In this document: positions 19,009-29,831 of the stretch, piece by piece
Position numbering within the stretch: the stretch's first letter is position 1
Layout of the letters: the number at the start of each line of letters is the position of its first letter
Assembly: GCA_022823365.1 (NCBI GenBank)
Contig: JAJDXG010000045.1
Coordinates: forward strand, 30,486-94,485
DNA: 64,000 nt
Reading direction: 5' to 3'
DNA from: Gemmatimonadota bacterium
GTDB lineage: Bacteria; Gemmatimonadota; Gemmatimonadetes; Longimicrobiales; Gaopeijiaceae
Translations under genes and position numbers: made by a program
Notes under the pieces: model-generated
What the model saw: only the letters and a program-made list of their open reading frames with translations
Database searches by the model: none
What the model was told of the DNA's origin: nothing

Positions 19009-20328
19009 ATGAGCTGCGTGCATTGCGGCTTCTGCCTGCCCGCCTGCCCCACCTACGTCCGGCTGGGCGACGAGGCCGACTCGCCGCGCGGGCGTCTCTA
19101 CCTGATGCGCGCCGTCGTCGAGGGAAGGCTCGATCCGGCGTCGGACGCGTTCCAGACCCACATCGACCGCTGCCTGGGATGTCGCGCGTGCGAACCCGTG
19201 TGTCCGGCCGGCGTGGAATACGGCTCCCTCCTCGAACACGCCCGCGAGGCCGCGAACGAGGCCAGGCCCGTGGGCGGGGCGGCGCGCGCCATCCTGTGGC
19301 TCTTCCGCCGCCGCAAGCTGCTTTTTGCGTTGATGGCGCTGGGGCGCCTCCTGCGCGCAACCGGCATCGCCGCGCTGGGCGCGCGCTTCCTGCCCGCAGG
19401 TCTCCCCCGGGTCCGCCTGGGCCTCGGCATGCTCGCTTCGACGCGACGGGGGCGCGCCGCCCGCAAGGCCACGGCGTCCGCTTCCTCCCCGGATACGGAG
19501 GGCCCGGATCCCGCACCGGGTCGGCCCAAACCGCACCCGCTCGCCGGCAAGCGCGTCGCGGTGCTGAACGGCTGCGTACAGGCCGGGCTGCTGGGACACG
19601 TCAACGAGGCTACCCGCCGGGTGCTGCGCGCCAACGGCCTGAACGTCGTGGAGGCCTCGGGGCAGCGGTGCTGCGGCGCGCTCCACGCCCATGGGGGAGA
19701 CCTCGAGGGAGCCCGCCGCCTGGCGCGCGTCAACATCGACGCCATGCTCGGGGCCGGGGCCGAGATCATCGCGGTCAACGCCGCCGGATGCGGCGCGCAG
19801 CTCAAGCACTACGGCGAGTTGCTCGCCGACGACGCGCGCTACGCGCGGCGGGCGGCCCGGGTGACGGACGAGACGCGCGACATTTCCGAAATCCTGGCCG
19901 AGGCCGGACCTCGCCGGGGCGCGCCGCTTCCGCTTTCGGTGACCTGGGACGCGCCCTGCCATCTTCTCCACGCCCAAGGCGTCTCGGAGCCCCCTCTCCA
20001 GGTCCTGCGGGCGATTCCCGAGCTTGAGCTCATTCCCCTGCCCCGGGCCGACGAATGCTGCGGGGGCGCGGGCATCTACGGCATCACCCATCCGCGCCTC
20101 GGGGGCAGGATCGGGGCGGACAAGGTAGAGGCCGTTCTGGGAACCGGAGCGAGCGTCGTGGCTACCTCCAACCCGGGGTGCATGATGCAGATCGGCGGGG
20201 GACTGCGCATGAAGGGCGCGCGGGTCGAAGCCTGCCACCCGGTCACGCTCCTCGACGAGAGCTACAGGGCGGCCGGATTCTACGACACGCCCGCGCGCGG
20301 GCTGCCCGGCCTGCGGGATGGCGGCTGA
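19009..20328 (+). CDS. (Fe-S)-binding protein, GlcF / heterodisulfide-reductase-like with CCG domains
   Basis: Two 4Fe-4S motifs, CVHCGFCLPACP and CLGCRACEPVCP, followed by two Cys-rich CCG-type repeats (NGCVQ..QRCCGA and DAPCH..DECCGGAG). Confidence 0.85.
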   Translation: MSCVHCGFCLPACPTYVRLGDEADSPRGRLYLMRAVVEGRLDPASDAFQTHIDRCLGCRACEPVCPAGVEYGSLLEHAREAANEARPVGGAARAILWLFRRRKLLFALMALGRLLRATGIAALGARFLPAGLPRVRLGLGMLASTRRGRAARKATASASSPDTEGPDPAPGRPKPHPLAGKRVAVLNGCVQAGLLGHVNEATRRVLRANGLNVVEASGQRCCGALHAHGGDLEGARRLARVNIDAMLGAGAEIIAVNAAGCGAQLKHYGELLADDARYARRAARVTDETRDISEILAEAGPRRGAPLPLSVTWDAPCHLLHAQGVSEPPLQVLRAIPELELIPLPRADECCGGAGIYGITHPRLGGRIGADKVEAVLGTGASVVATSNPGCMMQIGGGLRMKGARVEACHPVTLLDESYRAAGFYDTPARGLPGLRDGG

Positions 20329-21172
20329 TCCAGTGTCCCGGTGGACGATCCGTCCATTCCGGACCCATCAGGACTACGAGGCCTGCATCGCGCTGCAGGA
20401 AGCCACCTGGGGAACCGGGTTTTCCGAACGGGTCCCCATGGCGCTCATGATCGTCAGCCAGCGCCTGGGCGGCGTGGCCGCCGGAGCGTTCGATGACGAC
20501 GGGTCCCTTGCAGGATTCATCTTCGGCCTCTCGGGGATCGAAAACGGAAGCCCGGTACACTGGTCCGACATGCTCGCGGTGCGGACCGACTGCCGGGGCA
20601 GGGGCCTCGGGATTCGCCTCAAGAGCTATCAGCGCAACGTGGTGCTGGAGAATGGGATCCGGCGCATGTACTGGACGTTCGATCCGCTCGAGTCGCAGAA
20701 CGCCTACATCAACCTCGCCCGGCTGGGCATCGTCGCGCGCGAATACGTCGAGAACATGTACGGACAGACCGACTCTCCGCTCCATCGGGGTATCGGCACC
20801 GACCGGTTCGTCGCCCTCTGGCAGCTGGACGCTGCCCGGGTCGAGCGCCGTCTGGCGGAGCAGGAGTCGCCCGCGGCGATCGAGGAACTCGCGGGGGTGC
20901 CGCGCGTGCTCGATTGCACGCCCGCGTCACCTTCGGGCTGGCCCGAACCGGAAGCGCGGGAAACGCCACGCGCGGACCAGGTCCTGGCCGCCATCCCCTC
21001 CAACATCCAGGCCCTGAAGGCCGCAACGCCGGAGCTTGCGGCGCGCTGGCGGGAGGCCACTCGTTCGGTCCTTCGGAGCTATCTTTCGAACGGGTACGAA
21101 GTTTGCGAACTCATTCGGGGAGCGCGCGTCTCTCACTACCTCCTGAGGAGAATCGGGGGGACAATTCCATGA
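20318..21172 (+). CDS. GNAT-family acyltransferase (NSAR-associated type)
   Basis: 284 aa, with the acyl-CoA-binding-like region LAVRTDCRGRGLGIRLKSYQR and MYWTFDPLESQNAYINLARLG. It overlaps the upstream gene by 11 nt; GTG 20333 is an alternative start. Confidence 0.7.
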   Translation: MAADPVSRWTIRPFRTHQDYEACIALQEATWGTGFSERVPMALMIVSQRLGGVAAGAFDDDGSLAGFIFGLSGIENGSPVHWSDMLAVRTDCRGRGLGIRLKSYQRNVVLENGIRRMYWTFDPLESQNAYINLARLGIVAREYVENMYGQTDSPLHRGIGTDRFVALWQLDAARVERRLAEQESPAAIEELAGVPRVLDCTPASPSGWPEPEARETPRADQVLAAIPSNIQALKAATPELAARWREATRSVLRSYLSNGYEVCELIRGARVSHYLLRRIGGTIP

Positions 21173-22404
21173 CCAAAAGGAAACTCGACTCGCCCCACGT
21201 GGCCATCGTCGGCGCCGGTCCCGTGGGGATCGAGGCGGCGCTGGCGGCTGTCGAAGCCGGCGTCAAGTTCACCCTCTACGAGGCCGGTGCGCGTGTCGGC
21301 AGCAACGTGCTCTCGTGGGGACACGTCGAGCTGTTCACGGGCTGGGATCTGAACGTGTCGCCGCGGATGCGGCGCTGGCTGCGGCGCGCGGGGCGCGAGA
21401 TACCTTCCGGAGGCGAGCCCCCGACCGGACGTGAACTGGTCAGGAGGGTGCTTCAGCCGATCGCGGCCCTGCCCGCCGTCGGCGACCGCCTGCGCCTCGG
21501 CACGCGGGTGCTGTCCGTGGCCCGCGAAGGACTTCTGAAGCACGAAGAGATCGCCAGCCCCGAGCGCGCCAGCCTGCCGTTCCGCCTTCTGGTGCGCACC
21601 TCCGACGGTGAACGGATCGACCGCGCGGATATGGTGGTCGACTGCACGGGCACCTGGGACGTCCCCAACGCGCTTGGCGAAGGCGGCATTCCGGCTCCGG
21701 GGGAGGCGGCCGCGGACGACCGGATCGTCCGGCACATTCCGGACATCGAAGCCAATCCGGGCGAATGGGCCGGGAAGCGCATCCTGCTCGTCGGAGGAGG
21801 TCATTCGGCACAGACGGTCGCGCGGTCGCTGGCGGCGCTCGCCCAGGGTGAGCCGGCAACCCGGGTGACCTGGGCGCTGAGGCATCCCGAGCTGCGCCTC
21901 CAGCCGATCGCCGGCGACCGCCTGCCCGCGCGCAGCCGTCTCACCCGCGCCGCCCGGCAACTGGCCACGAGCGATATGGCCGGCCTCGAAGTCCTCGCGG
22001 GCTTCACGGTCAACGGCATGGAGCGCAACGGCGATGGTCTCAACGTGATCCTGAGGCGGCGGGACGGCTCCACCGCCGTGCGCCGCGTCGACCGCATCGT
22101 CTCCATGTGTGGCTACGTCGGCGACCACGGCCTCTACCGGCAGCTCCAGGTGCACGAATGCTACGCGACGGCGGCGCCGATGAAGCTGTCCGCGGCGCTG
22201 CTGGCCGGCTCCGCGAGCGACGACTGCATGGACCAGACGAGCTTCGGTGCGAGCACGCTCGGCAACCCCGAGCCCGGCTTCCTGATTCTGGGATCCAAGT
22301 CGTACGGCCGGAACAGCACCTTCCTCATGCGCGTGGGGTGGGAGCAGGTGGATGAGGTGTTCGGGCCGCTGGGAGCACGGACGACGCCGGCCTCCGCCCG
22401 GTGA
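21169..22404 (+). CDS. FAD/NAD(P)-binding oxidoreductase (two-dinucleotide-binding-domain flavoprotein)
   Basis: Start at ATG 21169, overlapping the GNAT stop (ATGA). First Rossmann motif VAIVGAGPVGIEAALAAVEAG and second ILLVGGGHSAQTVA. The track ORF 20914..22404 is over-extended. Confidence 0.75.
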   Translation: MTKRKLDSPHVAIVGAGPVGIEAALAAVEAGVKFTLYEAGARVGSNVLSWGHVELFTGWDLNVSPRMRRWLRRAGREIPSGGEPPTGRELVRRVLQPIAALPAVGDRLRLGTRVLSVAREGLLKHEEIASPERASLPFRLLVRTSDGERIDRADMVVDCTGTWDVPNALGEGGIPAPGEAAADDRIVRHIPDIEANPGEWAGKRILLVGGGHSAQTVARSLAALAQGEPATRVTWALRHPELRLQPIAGDRLPARSRLTRAARQLATSDMAGLEVLAGFTVNGMERNGDGLNVILRRRDGSTAVRRVDRIVSMCGYVGDHGLYRQLQVHECYATAAPMKLSAALLAGSASDDCMDQTSFGASTLGNPEPGFLILGSKSYGRNSTFLMRVGWEQVDEVFGPLGARTTPASAR

Positions 22405-23475
22405 GAATCGACGCGATCGAGGTCCGGGAGATCCGCCTCCCGCTGCGAGAGCGGTTCGAGATCTCGAGCGGATACTCCGAGGAGCGGCGCATTCTGCTGG
22501 TCAGGTTGTCCGCCGACGGGGAGACCGGGTGGGCCGAGTGCGTGGCGGGCGAGGACCCGGGCTACTCGTACGAGACCACGGACACCGCCTGGCATATCCT
22601 GGCCGACTTTCTCATCCCCGGGCTTCTGGGCGCGGAGGTGAGGGAGCCCGCGGACGTAGAGCGGCTGCTCGCGCACGTTCGCGGCCACCCCATGGCCAAG
22701 GCGTGTCTCGAGATGGCGTTCCGGGACCTGGATGCCAGGCGTGACGGTCTCTCTCTCGCGCAAGCCCTTGGAGGCTCCGGTGAACCCGTGCCGGTAGGGG
22801 TGAGCGTCGGGCTGCAGAAGAACGATGATCTCCTGATCGAGAAGGTCGGCGGGTTCCTCGCAGCGGGCTATCGCAAGATCAAGCTCAAGATCAAGCCGGG
22901 AAGGGACGTTGAGATGGTGCGCGCGGTGCGCGAGGCGTTCCCTGAAGCGCCGCTCATGGTGGACGCCAACTCCGCGTACACGCTGGCCGACCGGGAACGC
23001 CTCGCCGAAATGGACGATCTCGATCTGCTGATGATCGAGCAGCCCCTCGCCCACGACGACCTGCACCGGCACGCACGCCTCCAGGAGGCGCTCCAGACCC
23101 CGATCTGCCTCGACGAGTCGATTCGCTCGGCCGAAGACGCGGAGTTGGCGCTTGAGCTGGGAAGCTGCCGGATCATCAACATCAAGCCGGGCCGGGTGGG
23201 TGGTTTCGGCTCGTCGCGCCGCATTCACGACCTGTGCCGCGCGCGCGGCGTCCCGGTCTGGTGCGGGGGAATGCTCGAGTCGGGGGTCGGGAGGGCGTTC
23301 AACATCGCGCTCGCCACGCTGCCCGGCTTCACCATACCCGGCGACATCTCGGCCAGCCGGCGCTACTGGGAGCGCGACATCGTCGACCCCGAGTTCGAGG
23401 TGTTCGACGGGATGATGACGCCCCCCGCCGGACCCGGCATCGGGGTGACTCCCGACCAGCGGCGCATCGACCGGC

Positions 23476-25284
<1,809 letters not shown>

Positions 25285-25394
25285 GCCCGAAAGCTCGCGG
25301 CCCGGGGCGGGCGCTGGAATGGAAGAATGAGCCCCGCTGGCGATGCGGTCGGCTGGGGCTTCGGCCCTGTGCCGCCGGCCGGCCCCGGCGAAGG

Positions 25395-25949
25395 CTAGTC
25401 GGCCGGTCTCACGTCGATGGTGATCTGCACCGCCAGGTGACCCAGATCCGCACGGTTGCGGACGGCTTCGCGAATCCGCGGCTCCAGCTTGCCGTAGGCC
25501 GCCATCACCCCGTTGCGCAGGTGGGTTCGCAGGAGGGTGAGCGCGTTCGCGTCCGGCCTGGTCGTGCGGGTCTGCTTGCGGGCCTCCACGAGATCGGCGG
25601 GCACGATCTCGAAGGGCACGATGCCGATGTCGTCGTAGCGCTCCGAGTCCAGGTACTGGATGGAGACCGAAACGTCCCCTCGCGCATGGCAATGGCTGAT
25701 GTCGCCAATCGCGCGGAATCGCGACGCCAACCGCTTGATGTCCGTGCTCTGAGCCGCGGACATGTAGCCGCGATTGGTCAGACTGAAGATCCGCCGCAGC
25801 CGCTCGGTCGGGGTGGCGTCGGCTTCAGGCGTTTCGCTGTCGAGTTCGCGTCCGGTGGCCGCGCGCGCGTAGTGCTCCAGGTTCAGATCGCGGTTCCTCT
25901 GGCGATCGATGTTGTCCAGGATGCGGTCCGGATTGGTTCTGAAGCTCAT
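25395..25949 (-). CDS. hypothetical protein
   Basis: 184 aa from ATG 25949, preceded by AGGAGAAG. Soluble, charged composition with no motif I recognise. Lies 110 nt upstream of the GspE-like ATPase on the same strand. Confidence 0.5.
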   Translation of the reverse strand: MSFRTNPDRILDNIDRQRNRDLNLEHYARAATGRELDSETPEADATPTERLRRIFSLTNRGYMSAAQSTDIKRLASRFRAIGDISHCHARGDVSVSIQYLDSERYDDIGIVPFEIVPADLVEARKQTRTTRPDANALTLLRTHLRNGVMAAYGKLEPRIREAVRNRADLGHLAVQITIDVRPAD

Positions 25950-26011
25950 GCTTCTCCTCATGCGTTTTGCTCGTTGGGCTCCTGAGGATAACCAGCCCCG
26001 CGGCTACAGGC

Positions 26012-26017
26012 TATAAT
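26012..26017 (+). promoter_or_regulatory. perfect TATAAT -10 element upstream of the Yip1/TRAP genes
   Basis: ggcTATAATgg lies in the divergent intergenic region, about 55 nt upstream of ATG 26073. The -35 region is weak (TAACCA at 17-nt spacing). Confidence 0.35.
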
Positions 26018-26072
26018 GGTTCGGGCCGACAGACCCGTCACACGCCCACCAGTCACACCGCAGGAGGATGCC

Positions 26073-26756
26073 ATGTCCGATTCATCGTCCCCGTCCCTGC
26101 CCTCGCTGCCCGGAAGAATCGTCGCGGTATTCGTCTCCCCGGGCAGGCTGTTCGAGCAACTGCGCGAAAGGCCCGTGTGGGGGACTACCATGGTTCTCCT
26201 GGTGGTGCTGAACGTCATCATGATGTTTCTCCTCCCCGCGGAACTCTTCGAGGCGCAGATCCGGCAGAGCGTTGCGGATGCCGGAATGGGGGAGGACGAG
26301 ATCGCCGTGGCGGTCACCGTCGGCCGTTACGCCGGTATTGCGATGGCGGGCGTGATGGGGGCCGTGGGCAGCTTCGTCGTCGGTACGGTCCTGTTCTTCG
26401 TCTTCGCCACGATGCTCGGCGACAAGGGGCGCTTCCGCCAGTACCTTTCCGTCGTCGTGCACGCACTGGTGGTCTCGTCGGTCGGCGCGCTGGCCCAGGT
26501 TCCCCTGAAGCGGAGTGCGGGCGACATGGAGCTCGTCCTCAGCCTGGGCACCTTCGCTCCATTCCTGGACGAGGGATTCGTCCTGAGCTTCCTCAGCGCC
26601 ATCGGACTCTTCGGCATCTGGTGTGCGATGCTGATGGCGATCGGGATCACCCGCATCCAGCCCACCCGCAGCTGGGGCGGCGCGTTCTCGATCGTGATGG
26701 TGCTGTACTGCCTCTTCGCGCTGGGGATGGCGGGTATTACATCGATGGTGTCATGA
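26073..26756 (+). CDS. Yip1-domain membrane protein
   Basis: ORF 26016..26756, with the start moved to ATG 26073 after CAGGAGGA. N-terminal GRIVAVFVSPGRLFEQL is followed by about 5 TM helices, the typical Yip1 family layout. Confidence 0.65.
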   Translation: MSDSSSPSLPSLPGRIVAVFVSPGRLFEQLRERPVWGTTMVLLVVLNVIMMFLLPAELFEAQIRQSVADAGMGEDEIAVAVTVGRYAGIAMAGVMGAVGSFVVGTVLFFVFATMLGDKGRFRQYLSVVVHALVVSSVGALAQVPLKRSAGDMELVLSLGTFAPFLDEGFVLSFLSAIGLFGIWCAMLMAIGITRIQPTRSWGGAFSIVMVLYCLFALGMAGITSMVS

Positions 26757-26847
26757 CGGACCAGCGCGCCCCGCGCCCTGCTACTGGCGTGGCTGGCCCG
26801 GGAGCCCATCTTATACCGGCTTCACCGCGTTCACCCTGGAACCCGTC

Positions 26848-28731
26848 GTGATGATCCGACGCATCGTCCTCGCCATCGCCGTCATTGCGGCCGGCTACCA
26901 CCTCTATGTGGCGGGGGTGGCGCCCTTTACCGCGCTCATCCAGCGTCCGGTCCACCTCGCGCTCATGGCATCGCTGGGGTTCCTGGGCCTGGGGGTCCGG
27001 GGCGCGCGCGGGCTGTACCGGAAGCCCGGCACGGTGGACGATCCCGGCGGCGGCTTCCCGGTGCGGCACGTGGTTTCCCTGCTGCTGCTGGTGGGCACGG
27101 TCCTGAGCTGCGCTTACCTGGTCTCGGAGAACGAGGCGCTGGTAAGCCGGTCGGCCAATCCCACCACCCTCGACCTGATCGCGGCCGCGATCACGCTGGT
27201 GGCGGTGCTCGAGCTGGCGCGCAGGGCCACGGGGTGGGGCATCGTGGCGGTGGCGATCCTGTCCATTACCTACGCGCTCGCCGGACCCTGGCTGCCCGGC
27301 ATTCTGGCGCACCGCGGCTACGGCCCGCAGCGGCTGCTCGAGCAGCTCTACCTCTCCACCGAGGGAATCTGGGGCATTCCGCTGGGGGTGTCGGCGGACT
27401 TCGTCTACCTGTTCGTGTTCTTCGGAGCGGTGCTGGACATGGCGGGGGGCGGGGCGCTCCTGATCGCGCTCGCCGACCGGGTGGCGGGGCGCACAAGGGG
27501 AGGGCCGGCCAAGACGGCGGCGGTCGCCAGCGCGTTCATGGGCTCGCTGTCGGGCAGCGCGGTGGCCAACGTGGTGACCACCGGCACCTTCACCATCCCG
27601 CTCATGCGGCGGGCGGGGTTCAAGCCCTTCTTCGCGGGCGCCATCGAGGCCGCGGCGAGCACGGGCGGTCAGCTCATGCCGCCGGTGATGGGGGCGGGCG
27701 CGTTCATCCTGGCGACCTGGACCAACATCCCGTACCGCACGGTCGCGCTGGCGGCGGCCATCCCGGCCATTCTGTACTACCTGGCCCTGTTCGCCGCCAT
27801 CCACTTCCGGGCGGAGCAGCAGGGCCTCGACCCCGTGATCGACAAGGACCGGCCTTCGGTCATCAGCAAGCTGCACCTCCTTATCCCGCTGCTGATCATC
27901 GTCACGCTGCTGGCGCAGGGCCGCTCACCGATGCGCGCGGCCTTCTGGGGTGTGAGCACGGCGCTCCTGCTGTCGCTGGCGGTGCCCTCGACCCGCATGA
28001 AGCGCGGCGACTACCTGAAGGCAACCCTCGCCGGTGCTTCCGGCGCCGTTCAGGTGGCGGCGGCGTGCGCGGCGGCGGGCATCGTGGTGGGCGTCGCGTC
28101 GCTGACCGGGATCGGGCTGCGCATGTCGGAGTTCATCGTCGTCATCTCGCAGGGCCAGCTCTTCCCCGCTTTGCTGCTGACCGCTGCCGGCTCGATCATC
28201 CTGGGAATGGGGCTGCCGACCACCGCCGCGTACGTGGTGCTGGCCGCGCTCGGGGCTCCGGCGCTGGTGGAACTGGGCGTGCCCCTGCTGGCCGCGCACC
28301 TGTTCATCTTCTACTTCGGCTGCATCTCCAACGTGACCCCACCGGTGTCGCTGGCGGCGTACGCGGCGGCCGGGGTGGCATCGTCTCCGCCCATGCGCAC
28401 GGCGCTCACCGCCATGCTCCTCGCCATGGCGGGCTTCCTGGTGCCCTTCCTCTTCGTCTATGCGCCGCCGCTCCTGCTGGAGGGCTCTCTCGTGGAGATT
28501 CTGCTCACCTCGGCTACGGGCGCCCTGGGCATCAGCGCCATGGCCGGAGCGGCGATCGGCTACATCCGAAGGCCGCTGGCGGTGTGGGAGCGCGCCGCGG
28601 TGGTGGTCGCGGGGGCGGCGCTCTTCGGGCCCTCGCAGATACTCGATGTCCTGGGCGCGGTGCTGGGAATCGGCCTCTGGCTGTGGCTGGGACGCACGGC
28701 GGAGACTTCCGCGCCGCAGGGGCAGAGCTGA
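26848..28731 (+). CDS. TRAP transporter fused permease (4TM/12TM, TAXI-type)
   Basis: 627-aa polytopic protein. GGPAKTAAVASAFMGSLSGSAVANVVTTGTFTIPLMRRAGF and GGQLMPPVMGAGAF are typical of DctM-like fused permeases. Confidence 0.9.
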   Translation: MMIRRIVLAIAVIAAGYHLYVAGVAPFTALIQRPVHLALMASLGFLGLGVRGARGLYRKPGTVDDPGGGFPVRHVVSLLLLVGTVLSCAYLVSENEALVSRSANPTTLDLIAAAITLVAVLELARRATGWGIVAVAILSITYALAGPWLPGILAHRGYGPQRLLEQLYLSTEGIWGIPLGVSADFVYLFVFFGAVLDMAGGGALLIALADRVAGRTRGGPAKTAAVASAFMGSLSGSAVANVVTTGTFTIPLMRRAGFKPFFAGAIEAAASTGGQLMPPVMGAGAFILATWTNIPYRTVALAAAIPAILYYLALFAAIHFRAEQQGLDPVIDKDRPSVISKLHLLIPLLIIVTLLAQGRSPMRAAFWGVSTALLLSLAVPSTRMKRGDYLKATLAGASGAVQVAAACAAAGIVVGVASLTGIGLRMSEFIVVISQGQLFPALLLTAAGSIILGMGLPTTAAYVVLAALGAPALVELGVPLLAAHLFIFYFGCISNVTPPVSLAAYAAAGVASSPPMRTALTAMLLAMAGFLVPFLFVYAPPLLLEGSLVEILLTSATGALGISAMAGAAIGYIRRPLAVWERAAVVVAGAALFGPSQILDVLGAVLGIGLWLWLGRTAETSAPQGQS

Positions 28732-28886
28732 GGTCACCTCGTGACGGGCCACCGGGGCCCGACCGTGAGCCTGCCCGGCCGTACCACCGCCTGCGCGTTC
28801 TCGTCGTCGCAAGTTGGGCTGCGGGCTGATACCTTGTCGCGAGTTTGTCGGTATCGCCTCAGCCAGCCAGCCTCCCGGGAGAACCA

Positions 28887-29831
28887 GTGACAAGAAGAAC
28901 CCTCATCGCGTGCGCCCTGATCGCGGCCCTTACCGCGGCTGGATGCGGAGACGGATCCGGCGGCGGCAGACAGTTCCGGAGCGTCGGCACCGCGGGCACC
29001 GGCGGCATCTATTATCCCCTGGGCGGCACCATCGCCAGCCGCCTGTCTGTGCTCGACAGCACCAGCCAGTACACCGCGGAAGTGACGGGCGGCTCGGTCG
29101 AGAACATCGCCCGCCTTGACGCGCGGCAGATGGACCTCGCCATCGCGCTTTCGGTCACCATGTACGAGGCCTACCGCGGCATGGGGGACTACGACGAGCC
29201 GATCCCGGGGCTGCGCGTGGTTGCGCCGCTCTACCCCAACATCACCCACGTGATGGTGCCGGAGGGATCCACGGTCACCGACGTATCCGAGCTGCGCGGA
29301 GGACGGGTGAGCGTGGGATCGGCGGGAAGCGGCACCGAACAGTCGTCGCGTCAACTGCTGCTCGCCCACGGCATCACCTACGACGACATCAACGTCCAGT
29401 ACCTCACCTTCACCGAATCGGCGAACGCGCTGCGGGACGGCGCCATCGACGGATCCATCATTTCCGTGGGGTACCCGGCCGCGGCGGTGCTCGAGGCGAC
29501 CACCACCGGTGGCGCGCGCCTGCTCGCGCTCTCCGACGAGGCCATCGAGACGATGACCTCCACCTATCCGTATTACGCGCGCGGGGAGCTTCCGGGCGGA
29601 ATCTATCCGGGCGCGGACGAGCCGCTCCAGACCATCGCGATGATGAACTGGATCATCTCCATGGATTACCTGGAGGCGCCGGTGGTGAACCACGTGCTCG
29701 GGATTCTCGAGAACGAGAGGGAGATCCTGGTCCGGGTGAGCCGCATGGTCGAGCAGGTGGACTTCGCTTTTCTGGATGACGCTCCCGTTCCGTTGCACGC
29801 GGCGACCGAGGCGTGGCTGGCCGATCGGTAG
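28887..29831 (+). CDS. TAXI-family TRAP solute-binding lipoprotein
   Basis: ORF 28845..29831. I chose GTG 28887 after GGGAGA, giving lipobox LTAAGC. GTAGTGGIYYPLGGTIA is the TAXI signature. Confidence 0.85.
   Translation: MTRRTLIACALIAALTAAGCGDGSGGGRQFRSVGTAGTGGIYYPLGGTIASRLSVLDSTSQYTAEVTGGSVENIARLDARQMDLAIALSVTMYEAYRGMGDYDEPIPGLRVVAPLYPNITHVMVPEGSTVTDVSELRGGRVSVGSAGSGTEQSSRQLLLAHGITYDDINVQYLTFTESANALRDGAIDGSIISVGYPAAAVLEATTTGGARLLALSDEAIETMTSTYPYYARGELPGGIYPGADEPLQTIAMMNWIISMDYLEAPVVNHVLGILENEREILVRVSRMVEQVDFAFLDDAPVPLHAATEAWLADR

Noticed and set aside
16987-20238. 1083-aa minus-strand ORF in the track
   Set aside because: Only the C-terminal 574 aa (from ATG 18711) carry amidohydrolase motifs. 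The upstream part is Arg/Gly/Pro-rich and runs antisense to the well-supported GlcF-like gene, so it is a GC-driven open frame.
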